A DNA stretch of 64,000 nt, from contig NJBO01000003.1 in NCBI GenBank assembly GCA_005223075.1, positions 81,555 through 145,554 of the forward strand, written 5' to 3'. This document shows positions 55,941-64,000 of the stretch, one piece after another. Made by a program: the position numbers and the translations under genes. Position 1 is the stretch's first letter. Each line of letters begins with the position of its first letter. Under the pieces are notes generated by a model. It had not been told where the DNA came from. It saw only the letters and a program-made list of their open reading frames with translations, and made no database searches. The stretch is from a candidate division TA06 bacterium B3_TA06 (GTDB lineage Bacteria; Hydrothermota; Tepidihabitantia; B3-TA06).

Positions 55941-56232
55941 GCCGCTGGGGCAGGCCCTGCAGCGGGTCATCAAAGGACGGCTGGGCAAGCGGCTTGCCTC
56001 CTATGATGCTTGTAAGGTTTGGCCCAAGGCCGCAGGACCAGAGATCGCTAAAAGATGTGTTGCATTGGGGATAAAATCGGGTATACTTTATGTTGCAGTG
56101 CCAACCAATGTCTGGCTCACCGAGCTTAGTGCTTTAAAGGAGAAGTTGATCCAGAGCATCAACGAGAAGTTGGGGAAGGAGGTGGTGAAGGGAATCAGAT
56201 TTCAAATCGGAGTTTCTAAGAGGAAGAGATGA
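55909..56232 (+). CDS. DUF721-domain protein (conserved recF-gyrB intergenic gene)
   Basis: A 107-aa protein between recF and gyrB. Its end overlaps the gyrB start. Confidence 0.6.
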   Translation: MSGKERSGRFEPLGQALQRVIKGRLGKRLASYDACKVWPKAAGPEIAKRCVALGIKSGILYVAVPTNVWLTELSALKEKLIQSINEKLGKEVVKGIRFQIGVSKRKR

Positions 56233-58124
56233 CAAACAACTACGATGCTTCGCAGATTCAGGTTCTTAAGGGACTTGAAGGGGTACGCAGGCGACCGGCT
56301 ATGTATATAGGCGATGTCGGGATGCGCGGACTGCACCACCTGGTTGTAGAGATCGTCGACAACTCGATAGACGAGGCTATGGCCGGGGTGTGTAAGCATA
56401 TAACCGTTACCCTTGAGGAGCCCAACAGGGTCTCTGTTGAGGACGACGGGCGCGGTATCCCTGTGGATGTCCATCCTGAACTTGGTCTTCCAGGCCTTGA
56501 GGTGGCGATGACCGTGCTGCACGCCGGAGCTAAGTTCTCGGGTAAGGTTTATATCATCTCCGGTGGGTTGCACGGGGTGGGCGCCTCGGTGGTAAACGCG
56601 CTTTCAGAGTGGATGGAGGTAGAGGTATATCAGCACGGCAAGATCTACGTCCAATCCTACGAGAAGGGGGTAACCACAGGGCCGATACAAATCAAGGGCA
56701 ATACGAAGAAGACCGGCACGAAGACGACCTTTATCCCTGATCCTACCATCTTCAAACGCACCAGCTTCAATCCTGAGATCATCGCCACCCGGCTGCGTGA
56801 GGTCGCCTATCTTAATCCTGATCTCGCTATCAAGCTTGCGGATAAGGTCAAGGGAACAGAGCAGGTTTTTGCCTTCAAGCGGGGCATCGTGGACTTTTTG
56901 GCCTACCTTGATCAGGGACGCATCAGGCTTCACAAACCGTTATACTTCAGGGATTCGCGCAACGGCATAGAGGTGGAGACTGCCATCGAGTACACAGACA
57001 GCTTCGCCGAGAACATCGTTACCTTTGTCAACACCATCAACACCCATGAGGGGGGGACGCATCTTGTGGGTTTCAAGGCGGCGCTAACAAAGACCTTAAA
57101 CGAGGCCGCGCGCAAATCCAACTCCAAGGGCAAGGCCATCGATCTTACCGGTGAGGACGTTCGTGAGGGGCTTACGGCGATAATCTCGGTGCGGATGCGC
57201 AACCCCCAGTTTGAGGGGCAGACAAAGACAAAGCTTGGCAACAGCGAGGTGCGAGGAGTAGTAGAATCCATAGTTTCGGAGGGACTATCCAGTCACTTCG
57301 ATGAGCAGCCGCGGGTTTTAAATCTCATCCTTCAGAAGACAACTTCAGCGGCGCGCTTGCGAGAGGCGGCGCGTAAAGCTCGCGAACTCGAACGAAAGAA
57401 GAGCCTTTTAGCCTCCGACACCCTGCCGGGCAAGCTTGCCGACTGCTCGTCCGACAATCCAGATGAGTGCGAGCTCTTCATAGTCGAGGGAAACTCAGCA
57501 GGCGGCTCGGCCAAGCAAGGACGCGACCGCCGCTTCCAGGCCGTGCTTGCCCTGCGCGGAAAGATCCTTAACGTGGAGAAGTCCGGACTTAATAAGATAC
57601 TGGCCAATACGGAGATAAAGGCCATCATCAGCTCGGTGGGGACGGGCTTCGGTGAGGAGAGCTTCGACGATTCACGGGTGCGATACTCCAAGATCATCAT
57701 CATGGCCGATGCGGACGTGGACGGCTCGCACATCCGAACACTGCTTTTAACCCTTTTCTACCGGCACATGCGCGATCTTATAGAACAGGGAATGATCTAC
57801 ATCGCGCAGCCACCGCTTTACCGAATCAAAAAGGGAAAGAAGGAGGCCTACCTTTACTCCGAGGAGGAGCTTGAGGCGTTCCGTAAGGATGAGTCCCATC
57901 CGGAGCGTCTGGAGGTGCAGCGATTTAAGGGACTGGGTGAGATGAACCCGGAGCAGCTGTGGGAGACTACCATGAATCCGGAGAAGCGCATCTTAAAGAA
58001 GATCAGCGTGGCGGATGCGGCCGAGGCTCACAAGGTCTTTTCGGTGCTCATGGGCTCGGAGGTCGCGCCGCGACGGGAGTTCATAGAAGAAAACGCACAG
58101 TTTGTTGAGAATCTGGACATCTAG
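56229..58124 (+). CDS. gyrB: DNA gyrase subunit B
   Basis: GHKL ATPase motifs, TOPRIM domain (EGDSAGG), and the C-terminal region. Confidence 0.95.
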   Translation: MTNNYDASQIQVLKGLEGVRRRPAMYIGDVGMRGLHHLVVEIVDNSIDEAMAGVCKHITVTLEEPNRVSVEDDGRGIPVDVHPELGLPGLEVAMTVLHAGAKFSGKVYIISGGLHGVGASVVNALSEWMEVEVYQHGKIYVQSYEKGVTTGPIQIKGNTKKTGTKTTFIPDPTIFKRTSFNPEIIATRLREVAYLNPDLAIKLADKVKGTEQVFAFKRGIVDFLAYLDQGRIRLHKPLYFRDSRNGIEVETAIEYTDSFAENIVTFVNTINTHEGGTHLVGFKAALTKTLNEAARKSNSKGKAIDLTGEDVREGLTAIISVRMRNPQFEGQTKTKLGNSEVRGVVESIVSEGLSSHFDEQPRVLNLILQKTTSAARLREAARKARELERKKSLLASDTLPGKLADCSSDNPDECELFIVEGNSAGGSAKQGRDRRFQAVLALRGKILNVEKSGLNKILANTEIKAIISSVGTGFGEESFDDSRVRYSKIIIMADADVDGSHIRTLLLTLFYRHMRDLIEQGMIYIAQPPLYRIKKGKKEAYLYSEEELEAFRKDESHPERLEVQRFKGLGEMNPEQLWETTMNPEKRILKKISVADAAEAHKVFSVLMGSEVAPRREFIEENAQFVENLDI

Positions 58125-58132
58125 GAGGATTT

Positions 58133-59191
58133 GTGGACAGACACGCGATGTTTGCAGAGTTGACCGAGGCTTTTGGGCCTTCCGGTTACGAGGGCGACGT
58201 TCGTGCTATCATGGCGGGGCACTTTTCAGGCTCTATGAGTGTATCCACCGACCGTCTCGGCTCGGTAGTCGCCTCACATGAGGGCGAGGCGAAAGGCCCT
58301 AAGATCCTAGTCGCCGCCCACATGGACGAGGTCGGGTTCATGGTCAAGCACATCACCAAGGAAGGCTACATCCGCTTCCTGCCCATAGGCGGCTGGTGGC
58401 CGCAGGTGCTTTTAAGCCAGCGGGTTAATGTGCGCACCCGCAAGGGTGATTTCGAAGGGATCATAGGCTCCAAACCACCGCACGCCATGAAGGAGGACGA
58501 ACGAAAGAAGCCTCCAGAGATAGACGAGCTCTTCATAGACCTTGGTGTGGTCGGAGAGAAGGGGGCAGCCGATGCGGGTGTGCGCCCCGGCGACCCTATA
58601 ATCCCTGTCTCACCCTTCAGGTTTCTTGCCAACGGAGTTCTAGCTGCCAAGGCGTGGGATGACCGGGTAGGGTGTGCGGTGCTCGCCGAATTAGCCAACG
58701 ATCTTCCAAAACATCCCTCAAGGCTCTATCTGGCCGGGACGGTTCAGGAGGAGGTAGGGCTTCGCGGCGCTCGAACCGTCGCCGGTCTGGTTGAGCCTGA
58801 TGTGGCGTTCGCCATAGACGTATCGCTTTCCTCAGACACCCCTGGTGCCGATTCCGACGCGGTAGAGAAGTTCGGGGCAGGAGCCGCAGTGCTTGTTCAC
58901 GACTCAACCATGATACCTAACGTAGCCTTGCGCGATTTCGTGTGCGAGGTTGCAGAGGCCGAGGGCATCAAGTATCACCTGACATCCCTTCACGGCGGCT
59001 ACGACACCGGTGCTATACACATCTCAAAGATCGGCGTCCCCTCCATAGCACTGGGTTTGCCATCGCGCTACATCCACTCACACGTCTCGGCAATCTATGA
59101 GGAGGACTACTCAGCTCTCCTTAACTTGATGAAGGCTGTTACCCAACGCCTGGACTCCAAAAAGCTTTCTGAGATTACCAAGTTTGTCTGA
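58133..59191 (+). CDS. M42-family aminopeptidase (glutamyl aminopeptidase/FrvX-like)
   Basis: HMDEVGFMV and EEVGLRGA motifs. The start may be the ATG at 58147. Confidence 0.8.
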   Translation: MDRHAMFAELTEAFGPSGYEGDVRAIMAGHFSGSMSVSTDRLGSVVASHEGEAKGPKILVAAHMDEVGFMVKHITKEGYIRFLPIGGWWPQVLLSQRVNVRTRKGDFEGIIGSKPPHAMKEDERKKPPEIDELFIDLGVVGEKGAADAGVRPGDPIIPVSPFRFLANGVLAAKAWDDRVGCAVLAELANDLPKHPSRLYLAGTVQEEVGLRGARTVAGLVEPDVAFAIDVSLSSDTPGADSDAVEKFGAGAAVLVHDSTMIPNVALRDFVCEVAEAEGIKYHLTSLHGGYDTGAIHISKIGVPSIALGLPSRYIHSHVSAIYEEDYSALLNLMKAVTQRLDSKKLSEITKFV

Positions 59192-59201
59192 AGGAGGTTT
59201 G

Positions 59202-61262
59202 GTGAACGATCCTAAGAAGATAAGGACCTTTGGATTCTTCGGACACGGCGGTTCGGGCAAGACCAGTCTGGCCGACGCTGTCCTTTACCTCACCAGTGCC
59301 AACTCCAGACAGGGCAAGGTGGACGCAGGCACCTCGATCTTCGACTTCGACGAGGCCGAGATAGAGAGAAAGATCAGTCTCAACCTTGCCCTTGCTTCGT
59401 GCGAGCATGCAGGCACCATCTTTAACATGGTCGACACCCCTGGCTATGCGGACTTCATAGGCGAGATGATCTCCGGTGCCCGCGCGGTTGATCTTGGTGT
59501 AGTGGTGATAGATGCCGCCGAAGGCATCGGGGTGGGCACCGAGATGAGCTGGAAACGTCTTGCCGAAGAAAAAAAGGGCAGGGCGCTCTTTATAAACAAG
59601 CTGGGCAAGGAGGATACCGACTTTGCCTCCGACTATAGCCAAATGGTTGATGCATACGGGACCTCGGTTGCGCCGATAACTATACCCATAGGTTCAGGCT
59701 CAAGCCTTTCCGGGGTGGTAGATCTCCTCAACGAAAAGGCCTATGTGACCAAGGACGGCAAGACCGAGGAGGCTCCGATCCCTGCCGACGTCAAAGGCGA
59801 CGTGGAAACCTACCGCGAGAAGCTCATAGAGGCTATTGTCGAGCTGGATGAGGACCTCTTGGAGTCCTATCTCGAAGGCAACATCCCAACGGTGGAGCAG
59901 CTTACCCCGGTGCTCAGGAAGGGTATCGCCGAGGGGGCAGCCTATCCTCTGTTCGCTGGAGACGCGCTCTCTCTCGTCGGTGTGAAGCCCTTCATCGAGT
60001 TCGCGGCCTCCTTATTCCCCTCGCCCCTTGAGATACTTCCACTAAAGGTGCAGGAAGGTGGTGAAGAGAAGGAAATCGCTCCCCATCCCGCGGGCGACGC
60101 GCTGGCCTACGTTTTCAAGACCGTCTCCGACCCTCATCTGGGTGATCTGCTCTACGTTCGTGTCTTCTCTGGCGAGATTGCATCCGGCTCCACCCTTAAG
60201 AACACCGATCAGGGCTCCTCGGAACGTATCGGACAGATCCTTTCCATCCAGGGCCGCGAGCGCTCCGAGATCGGTAAACTTTCCTGCGGCATGATAGGCG
60301 GGCTGGTTAAATTGAAGTCCACCGGCACTGGAGACACCCTCTCCTCCAAGGCGGCTCACTCCATTGGCAAGATGGAGTTTCCCAACCCGCCCATCTCGGT
60401 GGCTATCGTGCCCCAGTCCAAGGGCGACGAGGAAAAGGTCTCCAATGCGCTCGCCAGGTTGCACGACGAGGACCCCACCTTCGTCTACCGGTTTGACCCC
60501 GAACTCAAGCAGCAGCTTATTTCAGGCATGGGCGAGCTGCATCTCGACGTCATCCTGTCCAAGCTCAAGAAGAAGTTCGGGGTTTCGGTGGATACCCGCA
60601 AGCCGCGCATCCCCTATCGCGAGACCGTCACCCTAGAGGCGACCGCCCGGGGACGTCACAAGAAGCAGACCGGCGGTCGCGGTCAGTTCGGCGACGTGTT
60701 CCTTCGCCTGGAGCCTCTGTCCTTGGGGTCAGGGGCGGAGTTTGCCTCGGAGATCTTCGGCGGCGCCATCCCATCCAAGTTCATCCCGTCTGTGGAGAAG
60801 GGTGTGCGCGAGACCGTTGCACAGGGCTTTTTGGCCGGCTACCCGATGGTTGACCTCAAGGCCACGGTCTACGACGGAAGCTTTCACCCGGTGGACTCAT
60901 CGGATATCGCCTTCAAGCTTGCCGCACAGATAGCGTTCCGCGCTGCTTGTGAGAAGGCAAAACCCATACTGCTTGAACCCATCCTGACCGTCGAAGTAAC
61001 CGTTCCCGAGGAGTTCATGGGCGACGTGATAGGCGATTTGAACTCCCGGCGGGGCAAGATACAGGGCATGGACTCGGTGGGTCGCAACCAGGTGATCAAG
61101 GCTTTAGTGCCCGAGGCGGAGATGTATAAGTACGCGACGACTCTCAGATCGGTAACCCAGGGACGCGGGTTCTTCACCGCGACGTTCGATCACTACGAGC
61201 CGGTGCCTCGTGAGCTCTCGGCCAAGGTCATCGAGGAAGCGAAAAAGGCTAAAGAGGAATAA
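59202..61262 (+). CDS. elongation factor G family GTPase (EF-G paralog)
   Basis: G1 is GHGGSGKTSL and G3 is DTPGYADF. Domains II-V are present. The GTG start follows AAGGAGG. Confidence 0.85.
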   Translation: MNDPKKIRTFGFFGHGGSGKTSLADAVLYLTSANSRQGKVDAGTSIFDFDEAEIERKISLNLALASCEHAGTIFNMVDTPGYADFIGEMISGARAVDLGVVVIDAAEGIGVGTEMSWKRLAEEKKGRALFINKLGKEDTDFASDYSQMVDAYGTSVAPITIPIGSGSSLSGVVDLLNEKAYVTKDGKTEEAPIPADVKGDVETYREKLIEAIVELDEDLLESYLEGNIPTVEQLTPVLRKGIAEGAAYPLFAGDALSLVGVKPFIEFAASLFPSPLEILPLKVQEGGEEKEIAPHPAGDALAYVFKTVSDPHLGDLLYVRVFSGEIASGSTLKNTDQGSSERIGQILSIQGRERSEIGKLSCGMIGGLVKLKSTGTGDTLSSKAAHSIGKMEFPNPPISVAIVPQSKGDEEKVSNALARLHDEDPTFVYRFDPELKQQLISGMGELHLDVILSKLKKKFGVSVDTRKPRIPYRETVTLEATARGRHKKQTGGRGQFGDVFLRLEPLSLGSGAEFASEIFGGAIPSKFIPSVEKGVRETVAQGFLAGYPMVDLKATVYDGSFHPVDSSDIAFKLAAQIAFRAACEKAKPILLEPILTVEVTVPEEFMGDVIGDLNSRRGKIQGMDSVGRNQVIKALVPEAEMYKYATTLRSVTQGRGFFTATFDHYEPVPRELSAKVIEEAKKAKEE

Positions 61263-61316
61263 AACACCCCGCACGTCCACTTCGCGTCCGCGCTGGGACC
61301 CCGGCAATTAGTGCTC

Positions 61317-61340
61317 CTTTTCCCCTAGAAGGGGAAAAGA
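61317..61340. terminator. TTTTCCCCTAGAAGGGGAAAAGA palindromic hairpin after EF-G gene (same core as 9313-9327)
   Basis: An 8-bp stem including A/T runs on both sides. Probably a bidirectional terminator or repeat element. Confidence 0.4.
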
Positions 61341-61438
61341 TCGCAAGAATGAATCTGTAGGGGCCGATTTTAAGTCGGTCTCTTTTCTTTGCTTGCGATC
61401 TTTTGACCCCAAGGTCGGCCTTCTCTCTTTTCTGCGAA

Positions 61439-61461
61439 CTTTCGTTGCGTAGCAACGAAAG
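61439..61461. promoter_or_regulatory. perfect 10-3-10 inverted repeat CTTTCGTTGC-GTA-GCAACGAAAG upstream of znuABC; candidate Zur/Fur-family operator
   Basis: The palindrome lies about 80 bp upstream of the znuA start. A TTGACA hexamer sits at 61491. Confidence 0.35.
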
Positions 61462-61543
61462 GAGCATTCAAAAAGGAGCAAAATCTGGCTTGACATTTCG
61501 CTTTCTCTTCCTATTCTATTAGCCAAGAGACCAAGGAGGATTG

Positions 61544-62434
61544 ATGCGGCGTGTCGTGGCGATAATGCTAATCACTTTAAGTACCATTAGTCTCACAACT
61601 TGCAGGAAGAAACCGCCCGAACCCTCAACCGACAAGGTCAAGGTGGTTGTTACAATACCCGTCCTTGCGGCTTTCGCCAGACAGGTGGGCGGCGACCGGG
61701 TCCAGGTTACCACGCTGCTTTCTCCGGGGGCATCACCTCACACCTTTGAGCCCACACCCTCCCAGGCCAGAGCAGCGGCCCAGGCCGATCTTGTGGTCCG
61801 CATCGGTCTTGACGCCGATCGCTGGATCCAGGGGCTTCTGCCCCAAAACGTTCCAATCGTTACGGCCACCGAACTTGAAGGCATAGAATTGATCACCGAG
61901 AATCACGGTGAAGCTCACCTGCATGCCGGTGCCAATCCCCACATCTGGCTTGATCCTGCCTACGCCAAGATTATCTGCTCCGCCATAGCCGAGGAATTAG
62001 GGCGCATCGATCCTCGGGCCCAGTCGGTCTATGAAAAAGAGAGGGATCGGTACCTCACGGAGCTTGACTCGCTTCATATTCGCATCGAGGCCGCGGTAGC
62101 CGAGTTCGGCTCAAAAAAGTACGTCTCCTTCCATCCCGCCTGGATCTACTTCGCCTTACGTTACAGTCTTGAACGCGTTGCCGTAATCGTCTCCTCGCCA
62201 GGCAAGGAACCTACTCCGAGACACCTACAGGAGGTGATCGAGTCTATCAAGAAGACCGGTGCACGCGCGGTTTTTGCCGAGCCCCAGCTCTCGCCCAAGG
62301 CGGCCCAGGTTATCGCAAAAGAGGCAGGCGTTGAGGTGCTCTTCTTGGACCCATTGGGCAAGCAGAATGAATCCTACATCAAGCTTATGGATCGCAACCT
62401 GGCGGTACTTTCAGAGGCTATGGGGGGCAGGTGA
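61544..62434 (+). CDS. znuA: metal (Zn/Mn) ABC transporter substrate-binding protein (ZnuA/TroA family)
   Basis: It has a signal peptide and a His-rich metal-site region (ENHGEAHLHAGANPHIW), typical of cluster A-I substrate-binding proteins. Confidence 0.8.
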   Translation: MRRVVAIMLITLSTISLTTCRKKPPEPSTDKVKVVVTIPVLAAFARQVGGDRVQVTTLLSPGASPHTFEPTPSQARAAAQADLVVRIGLDADRWIQGLLPQNVPIVTATELEGIELITENHGEAHLHAGANPHIWLDPAYAKIICSAIAEELGRIDPRAQSVYEKERDRYLTELDSLHIRIEAAVAEFGSKKYVSFHPAWIYFALRYSLERVAVIVSSPGKEPTPRHLQEVIESIKKTGARAVFAEPQLSPKAAQVIAKEAGVEVLFLDPLGKQNESYIKLMDRNLAVLSEAMGGR

Positions 62435-63270
62435 GTTCCAAAATCCTGGTTAGCCTTGAGGACGTCAGTGTACGCTTTCAAGAGCTCACGGCTCTTCATG
62501 ATGTGAACATCCAGATAACGGCGGGCTCATCCACGGCGCTCATAGGTCCGAACGGGGGCGGGAAGACAACGCTTCTCAAGGTGATAGCAGGCCTTATCAA
62601 GCCTACCCAGGGAAGGGTGCGTTACTATGATCTCAAGCGCGCCAGGATAGGTTACGTTCCCCAGGAGAGCGTGGTTGACTGGCGCTTCCCTGTGAGTGCC
62701 CTGGATGTGGTGCTCATGGGACGGTACCCGGCTTTAGGGCTCATAAGACGAGCGGGCAGGCACGACCGCGAGATCGCACTTACTATGCTTGCTCGCGTGG
62801 GGCTTAGGGATGTGGCCAAGCGTCCGGTAGGGGCACTATCCGGCGGGCAGAAGCAGCGCGTGGCCATCGCCCGTGCGCTTGTTGGTGAGCCGAAGCTTAT
62901 CCTGCTCGACGAACCCACCTCAGGCGCGGACGTTGAGGCAAAGGACCGTTTCTATTCCCTTATCCGCGAGTTGAAGAAGGAACTTTCCCTCACCATACTG
63001 GTGGCAAGCCACGATCTTGTGGTGGTGCCGAGTTTCGTTGACGATGTGGCCTGCGTGGCGAAGAGTGTGCATCTGCACGCTTGTCCCTCCGAGATCTGGG
63101 ATGAGGAACATTTCCAGCGGTTATACGGGACCCAGATGGAGGCGATCTTCCACGGAAAGGTCCCCCACCGAATGGTTGCACCCCACGCGAAGGCGAAGCC
63201 TTCGCGTGGGGACCCCGCCCGTACCCGTAACACCCGTAACACACCAAAATCGGAGAAGGGGAAGAGATAG
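62431..63270 (+). CDS. znuC: metal ABC transporter ATP-binding protein (ZnuC-like) with repeat-encoded C-terminal tail
   Basis: Walker A is GPNGGGKTT, the signature is LSGGQKQR and Walker B is LILLDEP. The tail ...RGDPARTRNTRNTPKSEKGKR is encoded by the hairpin plus nonamer repeats. Confidence 0.85.
   Translation: MSSKILVSLEDVSVRFQELTALHDVNIQITAGSSTALIGPNGGGKTTLLKVIAGLIKPTQGRVRYYDLKRARIGYVPQESVVDWRFPVSALDVVLMGRYPALGLIRRAGRHDREIALTMLARVGLRDVAKRPVGALSGGQKQRVAIARALVGEPKLILLDEPTSGADVEAKDRFYSLIRELKKELSLTILVASHDLVVVPSFVDDVACVAKSVHLHACPSEIWDEEHFQRLYGTQMEAIFHGKVPHRMVAPHAKAKPSRGDPARTRNTRNTPKSEKGKR
63182..63246. repeat. perfect 11-5-11 hairpin (CCACGCGAAGG-CGAAG-CCTTCGCGTGG) followed by (ACCCGTAAC)n repeats, inside 3' end of znuC-like gene
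   Basis: It is visible directly. It has the same composite structure (GC hairpin plus nonamers) as the HK tail at 4531-4700. Confidence 0.7.
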
Positions 63271-64000
63271 TGTTTGAGGCTGCGTTTATGCAGCGAGCTC
63301 TGATCGCCGGGGTGCTGGTATCCGTACTGCTCTCCATTCTTGGGTTCTTCGTGGTCTTAAGAAAGATGAGCTTCATCGGTGTGGGTATCGCTCACGCCGC
63401 GTTCGGTGGTGTGGCCCTGGGACATCTTTTAGGTATTCCTGTCTTTCTTTCCGCCTCGGTATTCTCCGTGGCCGCCGGTCTTGGCATAGGTGCGGTAACC
63501 CGTCGTGGAAGGATCAAGGAGGACACGGCGATCGGCATTTTTTTTGCCGCAGGCATGGCTCTGGGGGTGCTTTTTCTCTCACTTAAACCGGGCTACATCA
63601 CTGACCTTGCAAGTTACCTGTTCGGCTCGATCCTGGCGGTTACCCCTACAGATCTCTGGATTATTGCCGCCGCAGCATTCCTCATTCTCGTCCTGCTTGC
63701 CCTCTTCTTCAAGGAGCTTATTGCCTCAAGCTTTGATGCCGAGCTTGCTCGCGCGTCGGGTATACCCGAGGGGTTCTTATTCTATCTTCTCCTTGGATTG
63801 GTCTCCCTTGGGATCGTTTCCGCGATCAAGCTCGTGGGGATAATCCTCGTCTCGGCACTACTTGTGCTGCCCGCGGCCACAGCGCTTCAGTGGTCCAGGC
63901 GCTACGGGTGGGTGCTTGCGCTTTCAGCGCTCTTCGGCCTTGCCTACACAGTGAGCGGGCTCGCAATCTCCTACTGGATCGATATCCCATCGGGTGCAAC
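63270..64000 (+). CDS. znuB: metal ABC transporter permease (ZnuB-like), 3' partial
   Basis: It is a hydrophobic multi-TM protein (LIAGVLVSVLLSILGFFVV...). The gene continues beyond the window end. Confidence 0.75.
   Translation, partial: MFEAAFMQRALIAGVLVSVLLSILGFFVVLRKMSFIGVGIAHAAFGGVALGHLLGIPVFLSASVFSVAAGLGIGAVTRRGRIKEDTAIGIFFAAGMALGVLFLSLKPGYITDLASYLFGSILAVTPTDLWIIAAAAFLILVLLALFFKELIASSFDAELARASGIPEGFLFYLLLGLVSLGIVSAIKLVGIILVSALLVLPAATALQWSRRYGWVLALSALFGLAYTVSGLAISYWIDIPSGA

Noticed and set aside
59202-61262. EF-G gene as a possible tetracycline-resistance ribosomal protection protein (TetM/TetO-like)
   Set aside because: The sequence keeps full EF-G-like domain IV and the G-domain. There are no TetM-specific features and no resistance context. 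It is more simply a second EF-G (EF-G2-type) paralog.

Overview
This is a bacterial chromosomal window of roughly 58% GC with Gram-negative features (OmpA-like protein, TonB-dependent receptor, lipoproteins). It is probably from an uncultured lineage. It mixes housekeeping blocks with several accessory loci.

Housekeeping genes include pcm, alaS-recX-recA, glmS with a phosphohexomutase, recF-DUF721-gyrB, an M42 peptidase, an EF-G paralog and znuABC.

The accessory loci are:
(1) A cytoplasmic GAF histidine kinase and an NtrC-type sigma-54 activator sit just upstream of a near-consensus sigma-54 promoter. That promoter drives a small Cys-rich ORF and two tandem glutamate dehydrogenase paralogs. 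The second paralog has lost two conserved substrate/catalytic lysines.
(2) A TonB-dependent receptor with a lipoprotein.
(3) A signal-peptide LRR protein built of 72-bp tandem repeats.
(4) An RsbR-RsbS-RsbT stressosome module sits next to a tandemly duplicated cassette. Each cassette unit is a divergent STAS-like protein and a LuxE-like acyl-protein synthetase, followed by one LuxC-like acyl-CoA reductase. A LuxC remnant marks the duplication junction.
(5) A ~9.3 kb genomic island is integrated at tRNA-Thr(CGU). It has a 47-bp direct repeat and a tyrosine integrase. It carries a fused type IIG restriction-modification enzyme and an operon of a small protein, a Rad50-like zinc-hook ATPase and a KTSC-domain protein. 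The ATPase has a C-terminal nuclease-like/Zn-ribbon extension and is a candidate RloC/PrrC-type tRNA anticodon nuclease.
(6) An alpha-2-macroglobulin locus (DUF1175, A2M with a CVEQ thioester, a transpeptidase-only PBP, SpoIID-like protein).

A 9-bp repeat family (ACCCGTAAC)n, often joined to GC hairpins, recurs at five or more sites. It is in frame at two protein C-termini, where it creates TRN-repeat tails.

No CRISPR array or rRNA is present. One tRNA is present.
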